Source: Amoeboaphelidium protococcarum X5
Taxonomy: Eukaryota > Fungi > Aphelidiomycota
Assembly (NCBI GenBank): GCA_023515725.1
Contig: JALDTO010000146.1
Location: 620,001 to 684,000, forward strand
Direction of reading: 5' to 3'
Length of the DNA: 64,000 nucleotides
Shown here: piece by piece, positions 52,801 through 64,000 of the stretch
Layout: every line of letters begins with the position of its first letter
Numbering within the stretch: position 1 is the stretch's first letter
Notes under the pieces: model-generated
Seen by the model: only the letters and a program-made list of their open reading frames with translations
Databases searched by the model: none
What the model was told of the DNA's origin: nothing
Program-made: the position numbers and the translations under genes

Positions 52801-54211
52801 ACTATCTGGAGCCATTTTGGAATAAATGTATTTCAGAAATGGCTCATCTGGCTCGTAAATCAATGTCATCATCTCTGTACGGTTGTTATACTGTTTAATG
52901 GCTTGGATTTCTTAAATGCCTTAATTGGTCTGTGGCGATTTATAGCTTATGAAGTAGATTTGCGAAGTTGTAGATAATGGCATTCATTATGAAGTTGCCA
53001 AAGACTATAAGGCTCACCCTGAGTAATCTGTGGACACTGAATCGTAATCTTCTTCTGGTGATGATGATTAGTTGAGTCCGTTGAAAGTTAATGATTCTGC
53101 TGTGGACAGCTTGGCCGTTCGTTGTGCTGCTCTACATGTACTATGGTAACTCTTGTCAAAGATTGGATCTATTTCTTATTCTACTTAAGAAGGAGGCAGT
53201 TTTATTTGGCAATTAAAGGAGGTGTCTGATTCTGTGTAAAGTGAATAGTTAAATTCAACGCTTTCCACTCTGTAGAGTTAATCACCTTCTCAAGCTGTAC
53301 CGTAACAACACTAAGCGGATTCTTTTTAAGGTGCTTAACAATCTCCGCTTAACCTATGGATTGGTAAGAAGGAAGCGGTGAAGGTTGCATTAATTTACGT
53401 TGGCTCGGGCCAGGATGACGAGTGCTCTATTCTGCAAAATGACATTCAATTAGGGAATATCAGTAATCGATACGAGTGGTTCACGCATCAACTAGGCGAT
53501 GAAATGGAGCTGTCCTCGTATAAAGGTTATGTCGGAGGATTGGAAAGATCAGGTTCTTCGGGCAGAACTGCTATTTGTTATCACAGTGAACTGGTTGAAG
53601 TTGTGTATCACGACGTTACTAGAATGCCGTCAGACCCAGAAGATCCGCGTTAAATTAAGAAGAAGCGTCACATTGGCAACGATCATGTTCACATCGTTTG
53701 GGATGAGCATAGTAAGCTGTACAGGAATGACACCATAGCTGGCGATTACGGTAATGTTGTGATTATAATTCGACCGCCCAGTCCAGATTAGAAAGAACAA
53801 GATTATTTCACCATTCGGATATACAAAGATTCCAAGTTGCCAATGTTTGGCCCTCTCTTGGATGGTTCAATAGTACATTCGTAATCGCTGGCTAGCCTTG
53901 TGCGATCCACAGCTGTTAATGCATATCGGGCTACTCTGCTTATGAACTTTCACTAGAAAGAGTCGTATGTTGCAGGCTCGAATTTGACCAAAGACTCGCA
54001 TTACACCTCCCCTATGCTGTACAAGTATCCTTTCGAAGATCGCGAGCGATAATTGATTGAACGATTCTATATGTACAGCCGTCTTCATCCGGACTGCTCT
54101 CACAAAGCTAAGGAGTTTTAATTGGACTTTACAAGTCTCAAGTTTACACTTCAAGACCTTAATTTGTACGTTTGCAAGTTAATATCCAATGTACATACAC
54201 TACAAGAATGA
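49844..54211 (+). CDS. Rap/Ran-GAP domain protein, RalGAP alpha-like, about 1455 aa
   Basis: N-terminal [22 protein letters not shown]; C-terminal [42 protein letters not shown]. Start, ORF pieces and stop share a frame; the middle was not checked codon by codon. Confidence 0.8.
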
Positions 54212-54352
54212 TGCCACTCTCTAATATATACAAATTGCTTATTAATATTAATATAATCATCATTTCTTGACTTATATTCTTTCACACGTAAAGGCCATCA
54301 TGGTCGCAACGCTGATAAAATAGAAATCTCCTTTCATCATTATCGCTCAGTA

Positions 54353-56169
54353 ATGAATGAAATGTTTCGAACAAAAATTGGGCTTGAAATTCACGCGTAA
54401 CTCAGAGCTAATACTAAGCTATTTTCTGGTACGTATATTATTTTTATAGATTATTACAATCATATCTAATGGAAAAACTTCATACATTATGTAGATACTT
54501 AGATCGCTGGTCATTTGACTTAAATCTCTCCTAATAGCTGCATAAATTCAATCGATTTGGCTCTACCTGGAACTCTGCCGGTATGTGTCTTGTTAATCTT
54601 GTCAGAGCTCTCCTATTTAAGAGTATAATATATAATAATTCCGATATGTAGAGATTTCCGGTAGAGTATAATGTCCTGAGACGCGTAAAACTACTGGCTA
54701 AAGTGCTCCAATGTTAATTAAATCCCTTAAGTCGATTTGATCGTAAGCACTACTTTTATCATGATCTTCCTCAAGGCTATTAGATTACTCAAAAGTATGA
54801 GCCAATTGCAAGGAATGGAATACTCAAAATTTTTAGAGATTCAGACTATTAGAACGCGACTAAAATTCGGATATAGTAACTTTAGCTGGAGCAAGATACC
54901 GCCAAATCAATCATAATGAAGTAGTCTATCATCGACGGCCATGGTGTTGAGAATCGTACTGGTAATAGTGATGTGATTGCAATTGATCATAATCGCGCCG
55001 GCATTGGTCTTGTGGAAATAGTGACATTGCCAGATTTTGAGAGTAGTTTCCAGGTGGTATAGTTTATTAAAAAGTTGTCATGGATCTTGAAGACCTTTGA
55101 CATTTCAGATGCCAACATGGACGAAGGATCTTTGCGGGTGGATGTCAACATATCCATCAGTTAATCTGGAATAAAATCAGATACCTAGTCAGCATCATCA
55201 TCGGGCAAGATGGGCGTCAAGTGTGAGATTAAGAATTTAAATAGTCTAAAAAGTGTACAGGATGCGATTGATGCTGAAAGGGAACGATAAATTGAACTCA
55301 AATTGAGTGGTCGAGTGGTTGAGGCTTGTACGTTGTCATTTGATGATGAGCTTGGCGTCACAGTTCCCATGAGAGTTAAAGATGAATTTTCGGATTATAG
55401 ATACATCCCGGATCCTGAACTACCTCCGTTTGGTCGTCTTCTTGATTAAATATCCATAAGTGGATAGTTGGAAGATCACACTCGATACATTGATTTTGAA
55501 ATAAAATCTACTGACTCTGCTCGAAGTATTTCACCTCAGCTTATCAATAATTTACGCGCCATACCTGGTGCATTCGAGTATCTCATGGCTGTGTGTGCGA
55601 CTCTTGACGAATATGCATCGCAGGAGAGTTAAAAATTATAGAAATATGCCGCCAATATTATTATGAACGAATTGCAAGGAGAGATGGTGAGTCGCGGTAT
55701 TACTCTAGCTCGTTACTAGTTTGAACATGAAAGGCCTGGAACCTAATAAGAAGTCCATGACTTTGTAATACCGGTAGACTTAGTACGTGAACTCGCTATT
55801 GCTATGGAAGAGAAGAAGATATTTCATCACCATCTCAAGCCAATAGTCGGTAAATATCTGGATTAATCGATCAAGACGCGTCCATGTAATACCAGATTTG
55901 CCATAGAAGATTACGTGAATATGAATAGCGATTTGGCTGAAGATAAACTGAGAGATATCATTGACAACATCCTACAGTCTAATCCAAAAACCGTATCTCA
56001 GTTGATGAAGGTGCAATAGAATCCTCAATCAGCCAAGAGCAAGAAACAGTTGGCCAAAATTGAAGTATTTCTCATGGGCCAGACAATGAGAGCTCTCGAT
56101 CAAAATGCTGATCCTGCAATAGTACAGATCCATCTTTAATAGTATCTATCTGAAAAGTATAAGCTCTGA
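54353..56169 (+). CDS. PET112: Glu-tRNA(Gln) amidotransferase subunit B (mitochondrial GatB/Pet112); introns about 54429-54493 and 54581-54651
   Basis: IGLEIHA(TAA)L..TKLFS, DLALPGTLP, FDRKHYFYHDLPQGY(TAG)ITQ, LEQDTAKS, GSLRVDVNIS, EIKNLNS, DYRYIPDPELP. Confidence 0.95.
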
Positions 56170-56240
56170 ATAGTTGGACACAATTCAGGATATCTATCAT
56201 TATAAGAGGACAATGTCATTGAATGGAATATATTCTAGAA

Positions 56241-56495
<255 letters not shown>

Positions 56496-56707
56496 TTATT
56501 ACTATTTTACTACTGCCAAATTCCAATATCTAATACAATCCAAAGAATAAGAAAAGCTGATGAATTCGGTTCAATTCGAGCGCGTTAAAATGGGAAAAGA
56601 GAAGAAAACTTGTGCAGGAGAGTTAGCTTGAACAGTTGTGACTTGTGGACTGATTTTATAAATCTAATAAAGAAAAGTGTGATATAACAATAATCGATAA
56701 AAGAGCC

Positions 56708-57817
56708 ATGCTACGTTCTAGTCGCGTTTTATAAAGTTTGAAATTCTAGCGTTATCTTTAATAAGCGGTATCACATAATGATGGCACGCTGGCGTAGTTG
56801 AAGATGCTTTAGGCTGAGATATAGGCTGCTCAGAAGACTGGCGCTGATGATAATAATCTCCAGACTTTGTTATCAGAATATGCCGTTCTCAAATTGCAAC
56901 TTGAGCCTGAATTACAGAAATCTAATGATACCATTGGTCTATTTGATAAGCCGCAGTTGGAAGTGAAAGCTAGCTGGCACATGAATGATGAAGAGTATAG
57001 ACGCGCGTATGGATTTGAGAGGACGGCGATTATGGCGCGTTACTTTCATGTTTTGCGTGATGTTCTACCCACCAAGACGACTTCTCTGTTTCCCTCTGCT
57101 TTTAATGTTATTGGTAAATAATAACTTGATATCGCGGATGAAGATGTGAAAGTATTCAAAGCTGGATTCAAGAATCTGAAAGTGTCTTTTGGTGGAGAAG
57201 GTAATAATGTGCTACGAGGCAATGAAATCTCTGCATCATAGACCTGTACTGATCAACCGTACATATCTTTTGATATGGATAATGAAAATGCACTGTACAC
57301 TTTTATGATGGTAGACGCAGATTATCCCTTGGATTCCCAATAAGTCGTCCAGCCGCTTCCACTTTATATACGTTCTCATATAAGGCATGGTGATGAAGAT
57401 GGTGTTGAAATGATGCCGTTCGTTCCACCGCATCCTTAGAGCGGCACTGGCATCCATCGCTATGTTTGCCTGCTATTAGAATAGACTTCTGGTGTTGTAT
57501 TTACAAAGGAAGATATAAGACAGGAGTTGCAATCTTGTTCTTGGAATGCGTAATAGTTCTTGGAGAAGAGGGAGGATCTTGTAGTGAGAGGACTATCGTT
57601 CTTCAGATAATCTTATGAAGATTAAACCGGGCCGCAGTTGTACAAAGAGGGACGCGTTTTAATGCCTTGCTCCCTTGCCGTTAATGGTAATGATCCTGTC
57701 AAGTCATACGATCAGGATCTTGTCGTCATTGACCAGGAGCCAGTGTATGGACGCGTACTCGAAAGGAGTTGGGAAAATGTTATGAAGGCTCGCGTTTACA
57801 AATACGCGTTTCAGTGA
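56708..57817 (+). CDS. MRPL35: Mitochondrial ribosomal protein mL38 (PEBP fold)
   Basis: Presequence-like MLRSSRVL; HVLRDVLP; LYTFMMVDADYP; FVPPHPQSGTGIHRYVCLLLEQ. Confidence 0.8.
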
Positions 57818-58353
57818 TTTGATAATAATAAAATAAAATAAAGTCAACCAGATAGCTATCTAGTGTTTTTTTTCTTCAAGTTCTCGTTTTGTCCATACTA
57901 ATCTGCAGTAGTGTTATAGGACGATCGTACTGTGCCGCAATTAAAATTTTCTGTTGACAGTATGTTGCACAGGCCAATGTAGCAAGAGCGTTTGAAGGAG
58001 CAAGATGTAAAAATGTTACAGAAGAGACAGTAGGAGTATCAAAAGTTGAAGCTGTAATAATCTCAAGTACAAGAATAACAATTGTTGAATAAGCAATAGC
58101 TGTCGAATGATAAACGCACTGTGTAAGGGAAATAAAAGTGATATTAGTGTCTCAATACACACCTTCTTAGTAGAATACATAATTATTATTTTAGCTGATC
58201 TCACCTACAAAGTATCTACGCACATAGTAAGTTCAAATTGAGATGTCCGCTTCAAAGAGAGATATCAAGTTGAGATGTGTGTGTGTTTTCTTTACCTTGA
58301 TCAAGTTAGATTTTTCCCAAATCGCGATAAATTATCAATAATTTTGAAGAATA

Positions 58354-58773
58354 ATGGCTGAACATTTAAGCTTTACCATGGCTGGATTGTGTAAGAATAT
58401 TTTAGTATACAGTTTATGAAATCAGTGTTCATGTAGGCTCTTTTGGCGGTCTTGCGGGATACATCAGTAAACGTTCCAAGCCATCTCTGTTCGCAGGAGT
58501 CGGTATTGGCCTTGCATACGCGTATACCGGTTACATGTTCTAGTAAGGCAGTGATTATGGACATGAAGCCGCTTTAGGTATGATATACTTTTCGCTCTAA
58601 TTAACTTCAAGTTGTACAATCAATGTGCTGTAGTGGTTAGTTTGCTGTTGACTGGAGCCATGTTGCCTAGGGGATTGAGAACGCGTAAGATGATGCCTCT
58701 TATCGTTGGCACTCTAGGCGCGCTAAACACCGTCTATCACATCAAGAGAATTTATGACTTTAAATTTGCATGA
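58354..58773 (+). CDS. TMEM14: TMEM14 family small membrane protein, 2 introns
   Basis: MAEHLSFTMAGL|..GGLAGYISKRSKPSLFAGVGIG..GAMLPRGLRTRKMMP. Confidence 0.9.
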
Positions 58774-58807
58774 CCACGTATGTGTAAAGAAATACTTTTT
58801 GATTAAT

Positions 58808-59899
58808 TCAATCTATAGTAGTGGATAGTACATCTTTGTAGTCATTCTGGTTTCCTAGTTCAACTTCATCATCATCGTCACTATCCCGTGTCTGGTTGAA
58901 AGCAACGTCAGACACAACATCTGAATCGTCGCCATTGTCCATTGATTTTCCTTCAACAAGAGCCTTGTGCCACGTGCGAACTTTGAGACCGCGTATCAAG
59001 TCTGCCCACCACAGATCCAATTTACATTTTGGACAGTGGCCATGTTTCGGCAGCAGAATCGACCCCACATCTTTACCTTCGATTTTTAGAAAGTACTGCG
59101 CCATACAGAAAAGGTGACATGTGCTTTAGCATTGCAACTTGCGACAAACAACAAATTTCTAAGGCAACGATAGATCTATAGGTTGTCCACATAAATGACA
59201 ATCAATTTCGAAACATCTCTGAATCATGTCTTTATACTGTGTGAGGACTACGGTGTTGTCGAAATACAAGCGGTCTTGGAGATCCTGAGCAAGAGATCGG
59301 AAATGACCATACGTGAATATAACATTGTCCCACGTAACAAAGTTTATCCACTCCTTTTATTGATATTTCTTCTACACACCTGACATGTCGAAGGAGTTGT
59401 TCACAATGGCCATTGTTTCAGCACAAGAATCGGTAAAGATGTGAACACGCAATGGCCACCTATCCCATTTGGGACTGTTGAGTAGTAAACTTAGCATCAT
59501 TATGCATTCTTACAGAGTTCTAGCCTGACCTCGTTTTCGTCTACGTCCATTATCATCAATCTTATCGTCGTCACTTTATTCGGTCAACCTCCAAACATAC
59601 GAAAAGTCCTTCGATTCGTGCGGATGCTACAGAGCCCATTCGAATTTGAGACAAGACTTTCTATCCAGAAATCCGTATGTGAACAAGACCATTTCCCAGG
59701 GTCTTTTGGTGATAGGAGCGATTACATCTTTCTTAGAGGATTTCTTAGACTTGGCAGTTTTCTTTGCACCACCAACGATCAGGCCATTGTGTTGTTGAAG
59801 GCGTCTGATTGGATCTGGTGTCGAGCCAATATAATAAGATTTGGTGTGCGATGAGTACAGAATATACACAACGAAGAAATTTTACGGTACTTGATCCAT
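58808..59899 (-). CDS. SLX1: Structure-specific endonuclease Slx1 (GIY-YIG + RING-like), about 363 aa
   Basis: VYILYS..YIGSTPDPIRRLQQHNG..GGAKKT, RPWEMV, LKFEWALQHP, C-terminal HLFCMAQYFL..CPKC. Confidence 0.95.
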
Positions 59900-60700
59900 A
59901 CTTATTTTGCTATCAGGTGCTTCTATGAGTAAGATACCGTTGTTGTTGGTGCAAAATAATACAAGAAAATTGGAAATTGTTGAAACACGCGTTGAGTCGA
60001 GCTGTTTCAAGTAAATCAAAATCCGAGCTTGAGAAATCATATTGCCTTGTTTTATAATCATTTTTTGCAGCATTTGAAGCAGCTGATAGTACCTTTCAAC
60101 GCCATGTAGATAATTCCGGATACACACAGGCAGCCCAGTATGGACAGCACCAAAGAAACGATAATAGTAGTCAGAAGTGCTTGTGAGATGGCCTATCCTA
60201 CTTAAGCCGTTGTTTCATCTAAGACACATTTCATCGACGACGACGTACCATCCATCATTGAGGAGTCAGTTTCACACAGGCCTGATATACACTGATCAGT
60301 GGAAGTGCAACCATTTCCTAGCTCAAATTTATTGGTACATAGGCCGGTGGAAATTCCGGTAGAGGTGGTTGAGTTGATAGCATCAAGCTAGCAAAATTGG
60401 TATCCCAAACAGCCCGACGCGTCACTGCATTATGAGCTTGATGATTGTTGTACCAAAACAAATGCAAGCAAAGGAGCACTGGAAATATGTAAAGCAATGA
60501 AGAGCTACATCTTTCTTATTAGATATCATTATAAAAGGAAATGTGCTGTTGTGATTTTTCAATTCATCGTCTGTTAAAATCGAATTTCAAACTAGACGAA
60601 AGATCAAGATGGAAAATACTGAATTTGTGAACGTACGGTATTAAAATTTCATTACTGTATTCAATTTCAAATCATTATACTTTCATCAATCGGGGTATTT

Positions 60701-61549
60701 TCAATCGAACCTACGCAACTCACTTCCATCACGGCCTCCTCCACGCCACTAACCATCGGGACCCATGGTGTATCCACGTGCTATCATATTCTTGACATGT
60801 TCAATTAAACGGGTATTCGAATTTGGCCGATCTTCGCCCTACAACGTAGCCGGATCAGCAACGACATTAAGACCCATTGGATTCCCAGGCTGTCCTTGGG
60901 CAGCAGCCGCTGAACTACTTCCGGCGCCAGCTGCTGAACTACTCCCTGCCCCAGCTGAGCCAGAGGCTTATGGAGGAGGAGCCGTAAATTGATTAGTCGA
61001 ATAATCAAACCAAACCGGCTAACCTTAGCGATTACGGCCCAAATATTATACCGGATTAGGATTATTAGGGTCTCGGGTAAAAGCTCTGCCGTTATTCACA
61101 TTTAAGTAACGATTAGGAGCCGTTTAGACAACCCCATTACCATGATCGACAGGTTAGAAGGCTGGAGTCGAAGGTGGCCCACCACCAGGATAAGCAGGAG
61201 GGCCTGAGGGTGAAGATGTTCCAGAAGGAGTGGGAGACTTTAAGCCACGACCAGTAGCTGCAGGAGGTGTTTCAGGAGCGCCACCGGCAGTGGGTACAGC
61301 GGGTTACATATTTCCAGCATTGGCGGGCTTAGAGTTAGGATTAGACTACTAAGCAGGTACACTTGGAGCTGGTTTCGTCTGAGAGGAAGAGACTGGTTTT
61401 TACTGCTACTATGGAGGCTTAGCAGGAGGACCTTTGGACGGCCGGGTATGTTTACGAGTAGGAGGAGAAGGACGCTTAGCGGCGGCGGGTCTTTTCTAGT
61501 TTCCACTCGCTGACTCAGTAGCCGCAAACACCAGAATGGTGAACATCAT
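60701..61549 (-). CDS. Secreted Pro/Ser/Gly-rich protein, about 282 aa (true start possibly 61569)
   Basis: MMFTILVFAATESA signal-like start; basic Pro-rich region; AGSSSA repeat; open to TGA 60701 under TAR=Gln. Confidence 0.75.
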
Positions 61550-62371
61550 AATAAAAATGCAAATCTCATACTGGTATTTATATAACCGGATGCAATGACA
61601 GAGTTTTAAATGCAAAGATAAATGATAATCATTCACAATCCATCTTTTATGGTGCCCATCTTGTGACCAAATGTAACCATAGAACTCCTCCAATCACCAA
61701 ACATTGTGAGAAATCACCACTAATCCCAGATCCCCTAGTGAGCTTCAATGCTGTACCACCAAACATTGCCCGATACATAGTGTAGTCAAAGTTAAATTAT
61801 AGTGAACACAAATCAGTAGAATTATCGGCCATATCACATGAATTTCTTCTGTTTAATACTACTACAAAATTTACCCATAATGAAGCCGATCTATCTCTTT
61901 ATCTCTTGGTGAACATTTGTGCAGTAATGTTTTTCTCTCTCAGTTTACATGATAATGCATGAAACGTTACACAAATTAGTGTCACATCTCTCCTCTTCAT
62001 CCATCCATCAATGTATAAACCTCGAGAAAAAAATACATTTTACCACAACATCATGAATAGCGATATTTTGTTAGGATAAAGAGGAGGTTTCATATTCAAT
62101 ATAATAGCCGTGGCGATTTCTAACGTATGCTCTTGCCAGCCAGTAGCGAACTCTCAAAATGTAGTTTACAACTTTATCACCGCTTGTCTACAAACTGTAC
62201 TTCATCCTTCGCAACTCCATACAGTAATACTCTTGACACAAAAGACACTGGAGTTTGACGCGCTAGATCACCCCGGCACCATCCCAAAAGATTCCTTGCG
62301 TGAAAAGTCGGTTATCCCCTTATACGCAACAGCGTTGAAATAAGCATCCATAATTCATTGAAACCATCTAA

Positions 62372-63433
62372 ATGATCGATAAAATTAAGTTTGCCAAGTT
62401 GTAAAAGAAGTTTCTATTAATACAGTGGCCTGACTGTGATGTGCAATAAAATTTAAAGTTGTTCATTAGAGGTCGCGACGGAGATGAAGCTGTCGTTTGC
62501 ACTCACAATGAGACATTTAAAGTTGCAGAGTAGCAGTCCTCCAATACCATGTTGGTGGTACAAGGTGATCGGGTCATTGAAAGTGTTGCCTCTCACTTGG
62601 AATTAACCAGAATTAAGCCGAGCATGGAGAGAGTGTAGGATTTAATCAAGATGCACGTTTATCAGGGACAGTTGCGACAAGGACTTGGAATAAGTGCACA
62701 AGAGTTATTGTAACAGGTTCAATGTTCACATTAAGAGCTTCTGGAAGAGTTATCTCCATCGAAATACATTTGTCTTCATGGATTATATATGGTATTGTCC
62801 TTGCAATACACTGCAGAGGTTGTAGAGAATCTGATTGCTGAAATGAATGCCAATGGATTTGATATGTTTCATTTCGATTTACAGTTGATTTTGCAGGCGT
62901 ACCAAGTAGATGACAGCTCCACTCCTATTGATGACTAGTAGGGCGATTATCCAGCTCCTGTTGTATAATACGCGTTACTTTCTATATGTGATTGCAATTC
63001 TGAAGGATTCTATGCCATAAGTAGAATTAAAATCGCAAAGCTGCTGTGTCAAGTTATTCTCAGTGATTGCAGACAGATGGAGCTATCAGTATTCTTGTAA
63101 AAGATGTAGTTTGCCATGGACACTATACTAGGTGCTGATACTGAGCCATTTGACATGGATGCTGTAAGAGATTGCGTAATTGTAAATCAGTATGGGGATA
63201 ACTAGCGTGTTATCGTTGAACTGTTCCCGTTGTCAGAACTTTCGGGCACAGCAATGGTGAGATTTAGAGATCTATTCGATCGCAAAGCTTCTTGGTTGCA
63301 TGAAGAACTGCTGCCATTCATAAAAGACTTGGCTTCAACTGAAAAGGATTTAAATAATCTATTACTCAAATTTACAAAATCATACACGGATCCATCGATG
63401 CCATTAAAGAAATTTTACAAGTCACGACGTTGA
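62372..63433 (+). CDS. DCC1: Sister chromatid cohesion protein Dcc1, about 353 aa
   Basis: LFIRGRDGDEAVVCTHNETFKV..SSNTMLVV, QVQCSHQEL, RFRDLFDRKASWLHEELLPFIKDL. Confidence 0.88.
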
Positions 63434-64000
63434 TTCGCGGCCACTGGACTTAAAGTCTGATTTAGTCAGAGCTGTGATTGTGAAATACTAGTTGCAAGGT
63501 GTAACATTATTGTCATTTATAATATCCCCCTTGTTTCCATTCTAATTACATACAACAACATTCTTATTTACTTTCTCCGCGAGTCGAGCCCATCGAAGCA
63601 ATTGTCTAAACGTGGACGGCTCATGTCCAACAGAGTGAACGATGGAAGACGCGTGGTAGAGGAGAGGATCATCAGGATATAATGTTAGGTGAGATCCAGT
63701 CTTTAATCCAGACCCAAAATATGCATTCTAAATTTCTCTGCGGATATAGTCCAAAGTTTAACTATAATTATATATCATGCAATTATTAGTCTCTATCGAT
63801 ACACTGGACGGTTAATTCATGTTCTACTCCATCCTAAGTTTTGGAATCTGCTTATTATTCTGTACAGCATCGTGTTTACTCATCCATTAATTCAGTATTG
63901 ACTCTGACAATAGTTTCAAATTACACTTGAGCTGCTGATTTTAGACAATATTATCAGCATTGATTAACTTGGACACATCGTTCATATCCATTAAGGGAAT
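63422..64000 (-). CDS. SEN34: tRNA-splicing endonuclease subunit Sen34-like (5' part outside the window)
   Basis: YFGSGLKTGSHLTLYPDDPLLYHAS..ARLAEKVNK, with the Y-H-K catalytic pattern. Confidence 0.8.

Noticed and set aside
54353-56169. GatB as the mechanism for TAR=Gln decoding
   Set aside because: GatB/Pet112 is the ordinary mitochondrial transamidation subunit; nothing here links it to cytosolic recoding.
57900-58141. Short Q/K-rich plus-strand frame (Pet100/Pet117-like?)
   Set aside because: No convincing start exon or TM segment; similarity too weak to call.
60139-60600. F-box-like EIPVEVVELIAS stretch
   Set aside because: Preceded by an in-frame TGA, and the rest of the F-box pattern is absent.

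Overview
Compact, gene-dense eukaryotic (opisthokont, fungus-like) nuclear DNA that uses a non-standard genetic code: TAA/TAG read as Gln and TGA is the only stop (translation table 6). The supplied standard-code ORF track therefore breaks most genes into pieces. This code plus the fungal-type gene content suggests an aphelid such as Amoeboaphelidium protococcarum (inference). Re-read with TAR=Gln, the window holds about 25 host genes with short (about 45-80 nt) GT-AG introns: Gyp1/TBC1D22, RasGEF, Byr4-like, a MYND-presenilin fusion, BUD23, a macrodomain protein, NEK8-like kinase, ACC1, SAYSD1, a GT92 glycosyltransferase, PCK1, UBE2T, MAT1, an MscS-like channel, RalGAP-alpha, GatB, TMA7, mL38, TMEM14, SLX1, DCC1 and SEN34. 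Between about 28.9 and 43.6 kb lies a mobile/accessory island. It contains a decayed Crinkler-type REase+kinase gene, a Fanzor1 (eukaryotic TnpB-family RNA-guided nuclease) with all three RuvC catalytic residues, two 1-nt frameshifts and a structured downstream region that is a candidate omega-RNA, HMG-box and AT-hook accessory genes, and an intact 1228-aa KDZ transposase fused to a Ulp1-type protease. All translations were done by hand; no database searches were run.
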